A stretch of 64,000 nt of DNA from an uncultured virus (IMG/VR IMGVR_UViG_3300030330_002209) (IMGVR_UViG_3300030330_002209:1-64000); one strand, 5' to 3'; numbered from the stretch's first letter, positions 25,997-37,724 are shown. Numbers and translations are program-made. Notes: generated by a model not told the origin, from the letters alone.

Positions 25997-27505
25997 ATGG
26001 CATTAACATTAGCTGCAGCTTCTACTTATACAGCGGCTGCTTCAAAACAAACGTTAGCAAGCAATTATATTGACTTTGCTACATTGAGTTCATCTGACGG
26101 TTGGGCTCAACAATACTTGCCTGACTTGATGGAAAAAGAATCTGAGGTATTCGGTAATAGAACTATCTCTGGTTTCTTAGAGCAAGTTGGTGCAGAAGAA
26201 TCTATGACTGCTGATCAAGTTGTTTGGTCTGAGCAAGGTAGATTACACTTATCGTTCGTAGGTACAGTTAAAGATCAAGCACAGCAAGATGATAACAACA
26301 ACGCTGATGGTGGTACTTTAGAAATAGATACTACTATTGACGGTATCTCTACTGGAACTGATGACTCTCACGGTATCAGAATTAACGATATGTTATTAAT
26401 CGCTACTTCTACTAGTACTGCTAGAGTTTTTGTAACGGCTGTCAACGCTGATGCGATTAGTGTTGCTCCTTACGATGCAACTGCTAACACTGGTAGATTA
26501 CAAGATCTTGGTGATGGTACTTTCGTTAACACTGCTGCTATTAGAGTATTAGTTTACGGTTCTGAATTCCAAAAAGGTTCTAATGGTAGAACTGGAGCTA
26601 ACAAGCCTGGTTTCAGATCTTACACTAACAAGCCTATCATCTTAAAAGACAAGTATGAGATCTCTGGATCTGACGCTTCTCAAGTTGGTTGGGTTGAAGT
26701 ATCTGGTGAAGACGGACAGTCAGGTTACATGTGGTATTTAAAAGCTGCTGGTGACACTAGAGCTCGTTTTGCTGATTACTTAGAAATGGCTATGATTGAA
26801 TCTATTCCTGGTGATGCTGCTCAGTCTACTGCTGATACACTTGACTCTACTGGTGGTGGTGCTTTCTTACAAACTAACTTCGGTACTGAAGGTTTATTTA
26901 ATGCTGTAGAAACTAGAGGTAACATTACTGACGGTTTAGACTCTCCTTTCTGGGCTACAAACCTTGGTGAGTTTGATTTAATCTTGGCTGAATTTGATCG
27001 TCAAGGAGCTATTGAAGAGAACATGATGTTCTTGAATAGAGCTACTTCACTTAACATTGACGATATGTTAGCTGGTATCAACGGTGGTTACAATGGTGGT
27101 GCTTCTTTTGGTGTTTTTGAAAATGACGCTGATATGGCACTTAACCTAGGTTTCTCTGGATTTAGAAGAGGTTCTTATGACTTCTATAAGTCTGACTGGA
27201 AATACTTAAACGATTTCGGTACTAGAGGTGGTCTTAACGACTTTACATCAGATGCTGTTAGAGGTTTAATTATTCCTGCTGGAGTATCTTCGGTTTATGA
27301 TCAAGTATTAGGAAAGAACCTTAAGCGTCCTTTCTTACACGTTCGTTACCGTTCATCTCAAACAGATGACAGAAGAATGAAGACATGGACTACTGGTTCT
27401 GTTGGAGCTGTTACATCTGACTTAGATGCGATGGAGATGCACTTCTTATCTGAAAGATGTTTAGTTGTACAAGGTGCAAGAAACTTCATGATGATTAAAG
27501 GATAA
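25997..27505 (+). CDS. Major capsid protein
   Basis: Position, strong codon bias, followed by a terminator; WSEQGRLH, NKPIILKDKYEISGSD, GFRRGSYDFYK motifs. Confidence 0.85.
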   Translation: MALTLAAASTYTAAASKQTLASNYIDFATLSSSDGWAQQYLPDLMEKESEVFGNRTISGFLEQVGAEESMTADQVVWSEQGRLHLSFVGTVKDQAQQDDNNNADGGTLEIDTTIDGISTGTDDSHGIRINDMLLIATSTSTARVFVTAVNADAISVAPYDATANTGRLQDLGDGTFVNTAAIRVLVYGSEFQKGSNGRTGANKPGFRSYTNKPIILKDKYEISGSDASQVGWVEVSGEDGQSGYMWYLKAAGDTRARFADYLEMAMIESIPGDAAQSTADTLDSTGGGAFLQTNFGTEGLFNAVETRGNITDGLDSPFWATNLGEFDLILAEFDRQGAIEENMMFLNRATSLNIDDMLAGINGGYNGGASFGVFENDADMALNLGFSGFRRGSYDFYKSDWKYLNDFGTRGGLNDFTSDAVRGLIIPAGVSSVYDQVLGKNLKRPFLHVRYRSSQTDDRRMKTWTTGSVGAVTSDLDAMEMHFLSERCLVVQGARNFMMIKG

Positions 27506-27516
27506 TACATCTTTTT

Positions 27517-27544
27517 AGGTCGGGGCTTCGGCCCCGATCTTTTT
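27517..27544 (+). terminator. Rho-independent terminator
   Basis: AGGTCGGGGC-TTCG-GCCCCGATCT followed by TTTT. Confidence 0.9.
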
Positions 27545-27565
27545 AATTTTTTATTATATTATATT

Positions 27566-28423
27566 ATGGCAAAGAAACAAACAGCTAAAAAAGTTGAGGT
27601 AGCGCCTCAAGTAGAAAATACGGTTGTAGTAGAGCAACCAGAAATAAAAGCTACAAACAAAATGGTTGAAGCAGTTGTTAAAAAGCCTCAGCCAAAAAAA
27701 CCTAAATGGGAAATAAAAGATAGAGTTTATTATTTAACAGGTGATAACAAACCTATTTCACATACGATTAAAGCATCTGGTCTTTATTATTTTGATGAAG
27801 AAAAAGGTTACGAAAGAGAAATTAAGTATTGTGAAAACCAAACAACGGTATTTGTAGATGAAATGAAAGGTGACCACAGGATGGGTCATATTATATTTAG
27901 AAACGGAGCGTTGTTTGTACCTAGAAATAAAGTTACATTACAACAAATGCTATCTTTGTATCACCCGTTAAGAAACGCTAGGTTTTCTGAGTGGGAGCCA
28001 GAAACTGAAGCTGTTAGCGAAGTTGATAGACTGGAGTTAGAGATAGAGGCTTTGGATATGGCTAGAAGCTTACCTATAGAATATATGGAAGCTATAATGA
28101 GGGTAGAGGTCGGATCTAAAGTATCTACGATGAGTTCTAGCGAGCTTAAACGAGACACTCTATTGTTCGCTAAGAGAAACCCTGTTTTGTTCTTAGAATT
28201 AGCGGCTGATGAAAACGTTATGCTAAGAAACATGGGTATTTTAGCTACTGAAAATGGAATATTAAAATTATCTAGCGATCAAAGAACGTTTACTTGGGGA
28301 TCAACAGGTAGAAAATTATTTACAGTTCCATTTGACGAACACCCTTACTCGGCTCTAGCAGCTTGGTTTAAAACAGACGAAGGTATGGAAGTATATACCA
28401 ACGTTGAAAAAAGATTAAAATAA
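27566..28423 (+). CDS. Hypothetical protein of the head module
   Basis: 285-aa ORF after the capsid gene. Confidence 0.8.
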   Translation: MAKKQTAKKVEVAPQVENTVVVEQPEIKATNKMVEAVVKKPQPKKPKWEIKDRVYYLTGDNKPISHTIKASGLYYFDEEKGYEREIKYCENQTTVFVDEMKGDHRMGHIIFRNGALFVPRNKVTLQQMLSLYHPLRNARFSEWEPETEAVSEVDRLELEIEALDMARSLPIEYMEAIMRVEVGSKVSTMSSSELKRDTLLFAKRNPVLFLELAADENVMLRNMGILATENGILKLSSDQRTFTWGSTGRKLFTVPFDEHPYSALAAWFKTDEGMEVYTNVEKRLK

Positions 28424-28432
28424 TTAATCACC

Positions 28433-28474
28433 TATAGTAGAGCAGCCACTCTTCGGGGTGGTTGCTTAACTATA
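28433..28474 (+). terminator. Stem-loop with UUCG tetraloop (terminator or processing site)
   Basis: AGCAGCCACTC-TTCG-GGGTGGTTGCT extended by TATAGT/ACTATA; no clear U-tract. Confidence 0.6.
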
Positions 28475-28486
28475 AAATAAAACATA

Positions 28487-29197
28487 ATGGCAGTAAACGT
28501 AAATACAGTATATCAAAGAGTTTTAGCATTAGCTAACAAAGAGCAAAGAGGATATATAACACCTCAAGAATTTAACTTACTAGCCAATCAAGCTCAACTT
28601 CAAATATTCGACCAATACTTTTATGATATAGATGTTTCTGGCAGAATGACAGGAAACAGCACAGAGTATTCAGATCGATTAGATATGTTAGAGGAAAAAC
28701 TAGCACCATTTGAAAAATTTAAACAAACAATAGCTATGTCAGGTAACGAAGGTACTTTACCTTCAGACTTGTATAGATTAGGTACTGTCTATTTCGCTGT
28801 TGGTGGTGCTTACGATATTGAAGTTGAACAGATAAATAAAAAAGAATTTACATATATTGAAAGATCACCGTTAGCAGAACCTACTGTTGACTATCCTGTT
28901 TATTTTATTAAAGGCGTAGACAAGATAAAAACATTTCCATCAGCTTCTATAACAGCTAATGTTACATGTGATTATATTAAGAAGCCTGCTCAAGTGAGTT
29001 GGGATTATATAGTTTTAAACGATAAGGCGCTTTACAAATCTGATACATCCGTTAACTTTGAGTTGCATCCATCTGAAGAACATAGGTTAGTAGATGTTAT
29101 ACTTGGACTAGCAGGTATTGTTTTAAACAAGCCAGGTTTAGTAAGCTTAGCTGGAACTAGAGAGGCTGCCACTACTAATCAGCAAAAACAAATATAA
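28487..29197 (+). CDS. Putative tail ring/adaptor protein
   Basis: ANKEQRGYITPQEFNLLANQAQ, YIKKP..V.W.Y, FELHPSEE; position after the capsid genes. Confidence 0.65.
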   Translation: MAVNVNTVYQRVLALANKEQRGYITPQEFNLLANQAQLQIFDQYFYDIDVSGRMTGNSTEYSDRLDMLEEKLAPFEKFKQTIAMSGNEGTLPSDLYRLGTVYFAVGGAYDIEVEQINKKEFTYIERSPLAEPTVDYPVYFIKGVDKIKTFPSASITANVTCDYIKKPAQVSWDYIVLNDKALYKSDTSVNFELHPSEEHRLVDVILGLAGIVLNKPGLVSLAGTREAATTNQQKQI

Positions 29198-30088
29198 ATG
29201 GGTTTAATTAACACAACACAAGTAGCGTACTACGGAGGTAGTAGTTTTGGTGATTATCAATTTACATCACTAGAAACTATTATAAATCAATTTATAGTAG
29301 CATACGTTGGTGAAGAAAAAATAATACCAAAAATAAAAAGAACAGACGTAGCTTTTCATGCTAGAAGAGCTTTACAAGAATTTAGCTTTGATACTTTTAA
29401 ATCAACTAAATCTTTAGAAATAGAACTACCAGGTTCACTAACGATGACTTTACCACAGGATTACGTTAACTACGTAAAGATAACTTACACCGATAGTAAA
29501 GGTATTGAACACGTTTTGTATCCTGCTATTGTTACTAGTAACCCAACAGCTCCACTACAAACAGGCGCTATTGGTAATGAAAACTTTATTGATGGCGATG
29601 GAGATGGCAATATAGACTTACAAACAGAATCTAATACTTGGGAAAACTATAAAGCATCTACGCCAAACGCTAATCAAGCACAAGACTTTGATTATGACGA
29701 TGACATATACGATTTAAACATAGGCGGTAGATATGGCATTGATCCTGCTCATGCTCAAATAAACGGATCTTTTTACATAGATGAAAATGCTGGTAAAATA
29801 CATTTCTCATCAGTACTTTCTGGAAAAATTGTAACATTAAAATATATTAGCGATAGCTTAGGTACTGATGCTGAGATGAAAGTTCATAAACTAGCAGAGG
29901 AAGCTATGTACAAACAAATAGCTTTAGCTATATTATCTGTAAGAGCTAATGTGCCTGAGTATATAATTAATAGATTTAAAAAAGAAGCTAGAGCTACTAA
30001 AAGAAACGCTAAGCTTAGACTATCTAATATTAAAATAGAAGAAATAACACAAATTCTTAGAGGTAAGTCTAAGCATATTAAACACTAA
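29198..30088 (+). CDS. Putative second tail ring protein
   Basis: RALQEFSFD, LPQDYVNYVK, LKYISD, AKLRLSN. Confidence 0.65.
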   Translation: MGLINTTQVAYYGGSSFGDYQFTSLETIINQFIVAYVGEEKIIPKIKRTDVAFHARRALQEFSFDTFKSTKSLEIELPGSLTMTLPQDYVNYVKITYTDSKGIEHVLYPAIVTSNPTAPLQTGAIGNENFIDGDGDGNIDLQTESNTWENYKASTPNANQAQDFDYDDDIYDLNIGGRYGIDPAHAQINGSFYIDENAGKIHFSSVLSGKIVTLKYISDSLGTDAEMKVHKLAEEAMYKQIALAILSVRANVPEYIINRFKKEARATKRNAKLRLSNIKIEEITQILRGKSKHIKH

Positions 30089-30090
30089 GT

Positions 30091-33000
30091 ATGGCTGAGT
30101 TAAAAAGAACTTTTTCCGCTGGGAAAATGAACAAAGACTTAGACGAAAGAATTGTTCCTCCTGGCGAATATAGAGACGCACAAAATATAGAAATAAATAC
30201 TTCTGAAGGATCTAATATAGGCGCTGTTCAAACCACGCTAGGTAATACCGCTATAGACTCTGGTAAAGTTCCTTTCAACAGTCACTGCATGGGTGTTGTA
30301 ACAGACCCTGCTAATGACATGGTGTATTGGTTAGTTAGAGGGCCTAATCAATTCAGCCCATTTGGTTCAGCTGGTCCTAGTAGCGAATTTATAAATAAAA
30401 ACTATTTACTAAGAAAGTATATTGGAGATCTTCCTAGTATAGCTGGAGCTATAGGTACTTTTCAATATGTGTTTGTTGACATATATAACGTTAGAATAAA
30501 ATGCGCTGCTAACGTAACTAACAGTAAAACCTTTGTAGTTAACGCAACTGTTATTACAGATGGTACTAAATGCTTGAGACCTGGTATGAGGGTCATCAAT
30601 CAAACTACATTTGCTTTTTCTCAAATAGATGAAGTTTACGTAGTTTCTGTAGACGACAATACAAATACTGTAACGCTTAATAAAGAAGTAAGTATAAATC
30701 AAGATGACCTTATTGAGTTTGAAGCGCCTTCTGTTTTATTAGGAGATCCTTTATCTAAAGAACCAAACTATACGGTGCAAGGCAATTTTGCTACAGGTAC
30801 TTTTCCAGTAAATTTAAGTATAATAGGTAGCGTTAATAGAAAAACTAGAATACCTGGTGGTTTTTTATTTATATCTGATGATAGAATAGAAGAGCCTAGA
30901 AAATTAAACATAGAAAGATGTGTGGCTGGAACCGGTGGTACTAATAGAATGCCAGGTTTTGTGCAAGGTACATTTAATGGAGATGCAGCAACTTTTCACA
31001 CTAGACTTTACACAGATCCATCTCAAGATCACAATCTTGAAATTGTTAGTAACGGTGGTGGTTATGGCTTAGGTGATAATTATATTGGTGTTGAAAAAGA
31101 GCACGCTACTGTAATAAAGAAAGCACCTACTCTACCACCTAAACTTAAGATGTCTAACACTTTTATAGATGATGGCAGAGTTAATAGTATCACAAATGTA
31201 GCTAATAGTATAGTAACAACTTTAACAACAAATTTTTTCGATAGCTCTAACAATCAATTTTTTCAAGTTGGAGATACTATAGATGATTTAATTTTTGACT
31301 CTACTGTTGATTTTAGAGTAGGAGATATTGTTTATGTAGCTTTAACCGCAGACTTATTTAATCCAAACTCTTTTGGAACTAGCGAAGCATCTATATCTTT
31401 GTTAATAATAGATGTTCCATCAGGACACACACCTCCTAACACGTTAGACGTTGGTGCTAGTGGTGATGGTTTCGATGTAGAAATACTTAGTATAGATGAA
31501 AATATTTTAGATACAACCGATCAAGAGTTTAGTATTATACTAAAAGAACCTGAGCCTATATTTAAAGATAAATTTCCTAGGTTTTGCTATAGATATAAAT
31601 ATACTGACGGCGAATATTCTAACTTTGGACCTTGGTCTGAATTAGCTTTTATACCTAATGAATTTGACTATATTCCTAAAAAAGGTCATAACTTAGGTAT
31701 GATAAACGATTTAAAAAGTTTAGAAATACAAGAATACTTTAGGCCAGATGACGAAAGACCTAGAGACGTAGTAGCAATTGATATACTGTATAAAGAAACA
31801 AATAATCCTACCGTATACGTTGCTAAAACTATAAGTAGAAGAGATGGTGTTGCTGGTCCTTTCAATGCTTTGTGGCCTGATACAAGCGCAAATCCTCAAG
31901 GTAGAGGATCTTTACCTATAACTACAGAAACAGTACATAAAATTCTACCATCTAATCAACTACTTAGACCTTACGATAACGTGCCTAGGTATCCTAGATC
32001 GCAAGAAATCGTAAGCAATAGAGTTGTCTATGGCAACTATTACGAAAACTATGAGCTTATAGATAACTCAAGCCAACCTATAAACATAGACCTAGCCGTA
32101 AGTCTTTCGCAAAAACCATCATCAGATGCTTTTACGCCTCATACTTCTTGTAAATCTATACGAGAATATCAAGTAGGTATTGTTTATGGAGATAAATATG
32201 GTAGAGAAACACCTGTTTTAACTAATGAAAAAGCTACTATATTTATACCACAAGACGACGGTTGTATAAAAAGAAATAAATTAAAAGTAGCAAATCAGCA
32301 TAACGCTCCTTTTTGGGCTTCTTATTATAAATATTATATAAAAGAAACATCAAGAGAGTATTATAATCTAGCTCTTGATAGATGGTATAATGCTGAAGAC
32401 GGCAATATATGGTTAAGCTTTCCTGCGTCTGATAGAAATAAAGTTGATGAAGAGACTTATTTAATAATAAAGAATAAACACGAAAGCAATCAAGCTGTAA
32501 CAGATGCTAATAGATATAAGATATTAGCAATAGAAGGAAGTGCTCCTGATTTTATTAAAATCAATAAAAAAGATTTAGGTACTTTAAATTGTATTACAGC
32601 TGATCAAACTATATTGCCATCTGGGTTTCCACTGCCTGGCGTAAAAGAAATACATATAGACGCTGGTAAAATGTACAAAGCTTTTGGCGGTACAGGTAGA
32701 ACGACAGATGAACCAGGTAGAACAGATTTAAAAGATTTTGAAGAACTATACATTAGGTTTTTTAGTTCTTTTGACAGTAGTAGATATTATAGAATATCTA
32801 AAATATCTAAAGATACTTCAGATTTAAACAATGTAGATTCTTATTTTTATAAAATACTATTAGAAGATGAAGATATTTTAGATGCCGACGTAACTTGGAC
32901 GTCTGCAAACAATAGCTACGCATCTGCTGTACCTTCTTTGAAAATACAAATAAAAGCTCATGAGCCAGAAAATAGGCCAGAGTTTGACGGTAGATTTTTT

Positions 33001-36000
33001 GCTAAAATAGAAAAAGATTTAAACGCTGATCAATACATAGCTGTAGATCCTGGTAGTCTAGATGACGAAGATGGCGGCCCTCAGTTTAGAGTTATAGCAT
33101 CACAACAAGTAAGGTTAATATCTCATAAATGGCCTTTAAAGCAAGGCACTCTTAACTGGTATACTGGTACTACTGGTCAAGGCCCGCACACTTATGATAC
33201 TCACGGCGCTTCTTTTGGTGAGTTTGTTGGTTGGACTTCTTATCCTAGATATATGCACTACACGGTAAAGTCTGGAGAGTTAGAAGACTCTAAAGGAGGA
33301 GGTGGAGAAAACAATTGGGGTAATGGTCATTTAGCAAAAACTTTTTGGCAAGGAGAGTCAATGATAGATGGTCAAGGACTTGATTTCTTTTTTATAGACG
33401 AAGTTGGCGCTGCTAAAGGGTGCGCTGGCTTAGGTATGTTTGATTGTAGAGGTTATTCTACTTCACAAGGATATGTTTTTCCTCAACTTCCTTTTGAATC
33501 TACGAATCCAGTATATCCAAACGGAGTGAGTAATGATTCTTTTTCTACTGGAGGTGATAACTACTGGCACGGCTATTCGCATAGAAACGGAGATGAGTTT
33601 GATGACAGCACCCCACCTAATGGATCGAGCGTGTGTCACACAGTTAAAGGTACTGGAGCAGAGCCTGCAACATACACCCATATAAACTCAATGCACTTGT
33701 CTTATAGTAAAGTTTCATCAGAAGGAGATGAAGATATGTATGGGCCAAGCAATGGTGATAAGGCTTCTTTTGTAGAACAACTGAGTACTCCTGGATCTTT
33801 ATTTAGATTTCAAGAAGAACCAGAGCCTAGACAAATATATAAAATAGCGTACAGCGAGGACGATGGAGCTGGTAGTATATCAGACGATCCAAGTAAGTTT
33901 TACACTGGTATAAGAAACTATCAAGACAATAATACTGATGGAGACAAAGACTCTCCTTCAAACAAAAGACATAGATTTGGTATCACAGTAACACACCCTA
34001 ACAACGATGTTCCTTTGGATCCTCTGCAAGTTTCAGACTTAGGCGCGTTTGGTTTTGGAAGTGAACAAGGCTGGAACCCTATATCTAATACTTTTATAGC
34101 AAACACAGATCCAGCTACGCAAGCTGCTACACCTTATCTATCAATGGGTACTGGAGTAGCTAGTGCTAATGGTATAAACATGGGCAAACAAACTCCAGAC
34201 GACTGGGTTGACAGTTTAAACCTAGGTGGAACTGGTTCTGGAGATGAAGATAAGTGGAGAACATTTCAACCTGATACATACACGGCTACTATGCCAGATG
34301 GTACTGCTAATCCTTCTACTGGCTTAGACTGGTTAGGTAGAAACGCTGTAACAATAGAGTTTATAGAAGATATTAACGTGGCTGACGGAGGATTTGACGA
34401 TTTTAAAAAGCAGTCTAAGTATCCTGCTATATTTGAAACTGAGCCAAAAGAAAACGTAGATATTGATTTATACTACGAGGCTTCTCAAGCTATACCTATA
34501 CATATAAACGAATACAACAACGAGCAGTTTATACCTCTTGGATCTACGTTTTTTATTAATGGTGCTAATACTACTAGTGGCACTGGCTTTACAGCAAAAG
34601 TTGTTGAGTGGACTGGACCTAACGAGTTTAAGTACGAAGAAGTTAACGGCGGTAACATAGATACAATTGCAATAGCGGCAGGTGTTTCTGAGTCTTTTAC
34701 TTTGTTTAACAACCATGTAATACGCGTACGACTAGACGCATCTCCAATAACTAATAACACTGCTACGCAAGGTTTTATAAAAATACAAGGTAGTAATTTT
34801 AATCCTAATCCTAATCATCGACCTCATAATCAACTTCATAATTTAGGTTGGTTTAATTGTTATATGTTTGGAAACGGTGTTGAGTCAGATAGAATACGAG
34901 ATGATTTTAATGAAACACAACTAGACAATGGTGTTAAAGTTTCTAGTGTTGTAGCGGGTAGATATACAGAAGAACACAAGTCAAACTTCTTGATATACTC
35001 AGGAATATATAACTCTATATCTGGAGTAAACGAAACAAACCAATTTATACAAGGTGAGAAAATAACTAAACAATTGTCTCCAAGATTTGGTACTATACAA
35101 AAGTTGTTTACTAGAGATACTGATCTAAATGTTTTTTGTGAAGATAAAGTTATAAAAGTTTTAGCAGATAAAGACGCTTTGTTTAATGCTGATGGTAACA
35201 CTAACGTAACAGCTACATCTAACGTGTTAGGTCAAGCGGTTCCTTATCCTAGTGACTTTGGTATATCTAAAAACCCAGAGTCTTTCGCAGCTGATAACAG
35301 AGTTATGTACTTTGCAGATAAATCTAGAGGAGCCATAGTTCAGCTTAGTGATCGAGGCATGATGGCTATATCTGATATTGGTATGAAAGACTTTTTTGCA
35401 GACGAACTAAATAGCGTTCCAACGTTCTGTCCTATCATAGGTACTTTTGATACTAAAAAAGATTTATATAATATTAGTATGTTAAAGCGAGGTTTTAACT
35501 ATAGTGACGAAGATGGCGTTGTTCAAGACTGGCCGCAGGCAGGTGGCCTCAACAAAGGACCTTCTTTTAACACTGTGTCTTTTAATTCAAAACAAAAAGG
35601 TTGGGTAAGTTTTGCAACTTTCTTCCCTGAAACTGGTATTAGCTTAAATAATAGATATTTTACTTTTAATCAAGGGACTTTGTTTGAGCATCATACTAAT
35701 TCAGTTGTTAATGATTTTTACGAAATAACTTCTACTGTTTATCAAAGAGGCACCTCTCATATAACACCTATATTTAATGATAATCATTCTGCTGTTAAAG
35801 AATACGGTTATATAAATTATGAAGGAACACAAGCTAAAGTTTCTAGTTTTACAACTGGAACATCAACGCTAGACTCGATTGGCGGTGGCACTACTACTTA
35901 CACGTACGCTGATGGAGATGGTGAGTTCTTTAACTTAAACGATTCTAACGGTTGGAAAGTAGAGTCTATAACAACAGATCTACAGTCTGGCTTTGTGCCT

Positions 36001-36162
36001 GAGTTTGTTCAAAAAGAAGGTAAGTGGTTTGGTTATGTTAGAGGTTCTGAAACAGAAGTTACTGCTAAAAACTTTAACGTACAAGGATTAGGCTTGCCAA
36101 GTAATATATCTTTTGATTTAGCTGGTGGAGTAAACAACTTTAATATAAATTTATCGGTATAA
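30091..36162 (+). CDS. Tail nozzle/stabilization protein with large insertions (2023 aa)
   Basis: FSAGKMNKDLDERIVPPGEYRDAQNI N-terminus; FCYRYKYTDGEYS; NRVVYGNY; GNGVESDRIRDDFN; FGISKNPESFA; KEGKWF. Confidence 0.75.
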   Translation: MAELKRTFSAGKMNKDLDERIVPPGEYRDAQNIEINTSEGSNIGAVQTTLGNTAIDSGKVPFNSHCMGVVTDPANDMVYWLVRGPNQFSPFGSAGPSSEFINKNYLLRKYIGDLPSIAGAIGTFQYVFVDIYNVRIKCAANVTNSKTFVVNATVITDGTKCLRPGMRVINQTTFAFSQIDEVYVVSVDDNTNTVTLNKEVSINQDDLIEFEAPSVLLGDPLSKEPNYTVQGNFATGTFPVNLSIIGSVNRKTRIPGGFLFISDDRIEEPRKLNIERCVAGTGGTNRMPGFVQGTFNGDAATFHTRLYTDPSQDHNLEIVSNGGGYGLGDNYIGVEKEHATVIKKAPTLPPKLKMSNTFIDDGRVNSITNVANSIVTTLTTNFFDSSNNQFFQVGDTIDDLIFDSTVDFRVGDIVYVALTADLFNPNSFGTSEASISLLIIDVPSGHTPPNTLDVGASGDGFDVEILSIDENILDTTDQEFSIILKEPEPIFKDKFPRFCYRYKYTDGEYSNFGPWSELAFIPNEFDYIPKKGHNLGMINDLKSLEIQEYFRPDDERPRDVVAIDILYKETNNPTVYVAKTISRRDGVAGPFNALWPDTSANPQGRGSLPITTETVHKILPSNQLLRPYDNVPRYPRSQEIVSNRVVYGNYYENYELIDNSSQPINIDLAVSLSQKPSSDAFTPHTSCKSIREYQVGIVYGDKYGRETPVLTNEKATIFIPQDDGCIKRNKLKVANQHNAPFWASYYKYYIKETSREYYNLALDRWYNAEDGNIWLSFPASDRNKVDEETYLIIKNKHESNQAVTDANRYKILAIEGSAPDFIKINKKDLGTLNCITADQTILPSGFPLPGVKEIHIDAGKMYKAFGGTGRTTDEPGRTDLKDFEELYIRFFSSFDSSRYYRISKISKDTSDLNNVDSYFYKILLEDEDILDADVTWTSANNSYASAVPSLKIQIKAHEPENRPEFDGRFFAKIEKDLNADQYIAVDPGSLDDEDGGPQFRVIASQQVRLISHKWPLKQGTLNWYTGTTGQGPHTYDTHGASFGEFVGWTSYPRYMHYTVKSGELEDSKGGGGENNWGNGHLAKTFWQGESMIDGQGLDFFFIDEVGAAKGCAGLGMFDCRGYSTSQGYVFPQLPFESTNPVYPNGVSNDSFSTGGDNYWHGYSHRNGDEFDDSTPPNGSSVCHTVKGTGAEPATYTHINSMHLSYSKVSSEGDEDMYGPSNGDKASFVEQLSTPGSLFRFQEEPEPRQIYKIAYSEDDGAGSISDDPSKFYTGIRNYQDNNTDGDKDSPSNKRHRFGITVTHPNNDVPLDPLQVSDLGAFGFGSEQGWNPISNTFIANTDPATQAATPYLSMGTGVASANGINMGKQTPDDWVDSLNLGGTGSGDEDKWRTFQPDTYTATMPDGTANPSTGLDWLGRNAVTIEFIEDINVADGGFDDFKKQSKYPAIFETEPKENVDIDLYYEASQAIPIHINEYNNEQFIPLGSTFFINGANTTSGTGFTAKVVEWTGPNEFKYEEVNGGNIDTIAIAAGVSESFTLFNNHVIRVRLDASPITNNTATQGFIKIQGSNFNPNPNHRPHNQLHNLGWFNCYMFGNGVESDRIRDDFNETQLDNGVKVSSVVAGRYTEEHKSNFLIYSGIYNSISGVNETNQFIQGEKITKQLSPRFGTIQKLFTRDTDLNVFCEDKVIKVLADKDALFNADGNTNVTATSNVLGQAVPYPSDFGISKNPESFAADNRVMYFADKSRGAIVQLSDRGMMAISDIGMKDFFADELNSVPTFCPIIGTFDTKKDLYNISMLKRGFNYSDEDGVVQDWPQAGGLNKGPSFNTVSFNSKQKGWVSFATFFPETGISLNNRYFTFNQGTLFEHHTNSVVNDFYEITSTVYQRGTSHITPIFNDNHSAVKEYGYINYEGTQAKVSSFTTGTSTLDSIGGGTTTYTYADGDGEFFNLNDSNGWKVESITTDLQSGFVPEFVQKEGKWFGYVRGSETEVTAKNFNVQGLGLPSNISFDLAGGVNNFNINLSV

Positions 36163-37724
36163 TGGGATTTACAACTACAATACCAACAGTACAAAGAGAA
36201 GAAAACTCTACAGTATCAGATACAGCTATTATAACTATAAGCTCTAATGACGGTTATTTATATACAGCTTCTGACTTTAAAATAACAAACGCTACAGAGC
36301 AAAGTACTAACAAATACGTTGGTGGTGATTTGCCTATTGAAATATCTGATGTTACTTTTACAGATAACACTGACGAAACTGTTAACGCTACTATTACGTT
36401 TTCTGGTTTTCCTATGACAGGAGACAAAGATTTTAGAGTCCCTATAGAGTCTAAACTTAAAGATACAAATTACGTTAGAAAAAATTACGCTTGTATTAAG
36501 GCTAGATATACAACAAGCTCGGATCACACTGTAACAGTAACACCAAGAACAGCGACTGTTAGCGCGTCTACCTCTGGTAGCTTAACAATACAACAAATAC
36601 ACGCTAACGTTTATCACGCTGACCACGCGGCTAAACAAGGCATGCAAACATCTGACAATCTTTTAGCATTAATAACTTTCACAGCTGACTCTGGCAAGTT
36701 TTATAGTATTACACCAGCGCCAGAACTGTTTACTAGAGAATATAATGATTATTGGAATATAGCTATTCAAAGTAGAACTTACGACTCAAGCAAGAGGCTA
36801 ACTCAAATAATATATGAAATAAGATACGATGTTCCTGATCAGTCAGTTTTACAAGACGGGTACACGTCGTCGCTAGCTACTTGCGCTTTAAATCATTTTG
36901 TAAATTTCAACTATGAAATATCTACAGCTGTTACTAGAGAGGATGCTGTAAAGATAAACAGATTGTCTATAGATACTAAAAATATATCTAGCAACGGATG
37001 TAGTAGATTAATATTTTTACAAGGTAATAACGGAGCTGGTGGTAAGCTACATATAAGAAATAAAGATGGAAAATATTTAAGCTATGGTGAAGAAATTCCA
37101 GACGCTGGAACTACTTCTGGTATTATATCTTATAGTCACGAAGTTAATCCAATAAGCTTTTCTTTTACAAGTACTAAAAAAAATTGCGTGTATAGTTTTA
37201 TAGCTCCTAGAACTACTTCAGATGATGATTATCACATATATGTAGAGCCAAATGATGGAACTATATTAGACTCTAGTATACCAACTGTAAATAGTCCTAT
37301 TAGAATATATCAATTTAAACCAGTAACTATAACAACTAAAGTAGCTACAGCTAGTCATGGAGCTAGTTTAACGTTGTCAAACAACTTAGTTTGTATTGGA
37401 AACTCTAACGATGAGCCTTTTTTAAGAAATAGAAAACAATGTTTGTTTACAATAACACCTGCTGCTGAGAAAACTATAAAAATAACTAGAGATATTAGGC
37501 CTTCAGATTATCAAACTACTTTTACTAGTAGGATTGAACCTGGCGATTTTAATCCTATTGATGAAACAACAGGTGTTGGAAGAGGCGATATTAGGTTAAT
37601 AAGATTAGACGCCTATTTAGAAGGCAGGCAGTTAAAGGTTTTAGCTGACGTAAACGTTCGTAATTTTGGTTATGAAGATGTTACATTACAAATTAATTTA
37701 GATAATTTTATAACAGTTAACTAA
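36162..37724 (+). CDS. Putative tail-associated structural protein
   Basis: T/S-rich beta composition; TAATG coupling. Confidence 0.65.
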   Translation: MGFTTTIPTVQREENSTVSDTAIITISSNDGYLYTASDFKITNATEQSTNKYVGGDLPIEISDVTFTDNTDETVNATITFSGFPMTGDKDFRVPIESKLKDTNYVRKNYACIKARYTTSSDHTVTVTPRTATVSASTSGSLTIQQIHANVYHADHAAKQGMQTSDNLLALITFTADSGKFYSITPAPELFTREYNDYWNIAIQSRTYDSSKRLTQIIYEIRYDVPDQSVLQDGYTSSLATCALNHFVNFNYEISTAVTREDAVKINRLSIDTKNISSNGCSRLIFLQGNNGAGGKLHIRNKDGKYLSYGEEIPDAGTTSGIISYSHEVNPISFSFTSTKKNCVYSFIAPRTTSDDDYHIYVEPNDGTILDSSIPTVNSPIRIYQFKPVTITTKVATASHGASLTLSNNLVCIGNSNDEPFLRNRKQCLFTITPAAEKTIKITRDIRPSDYQTTFTSRIEPGDFNPIDETTGVGRGDIRLIRLDAYLEGRQLKVLADVNVRNFGYEDVTLQINLDNFITVN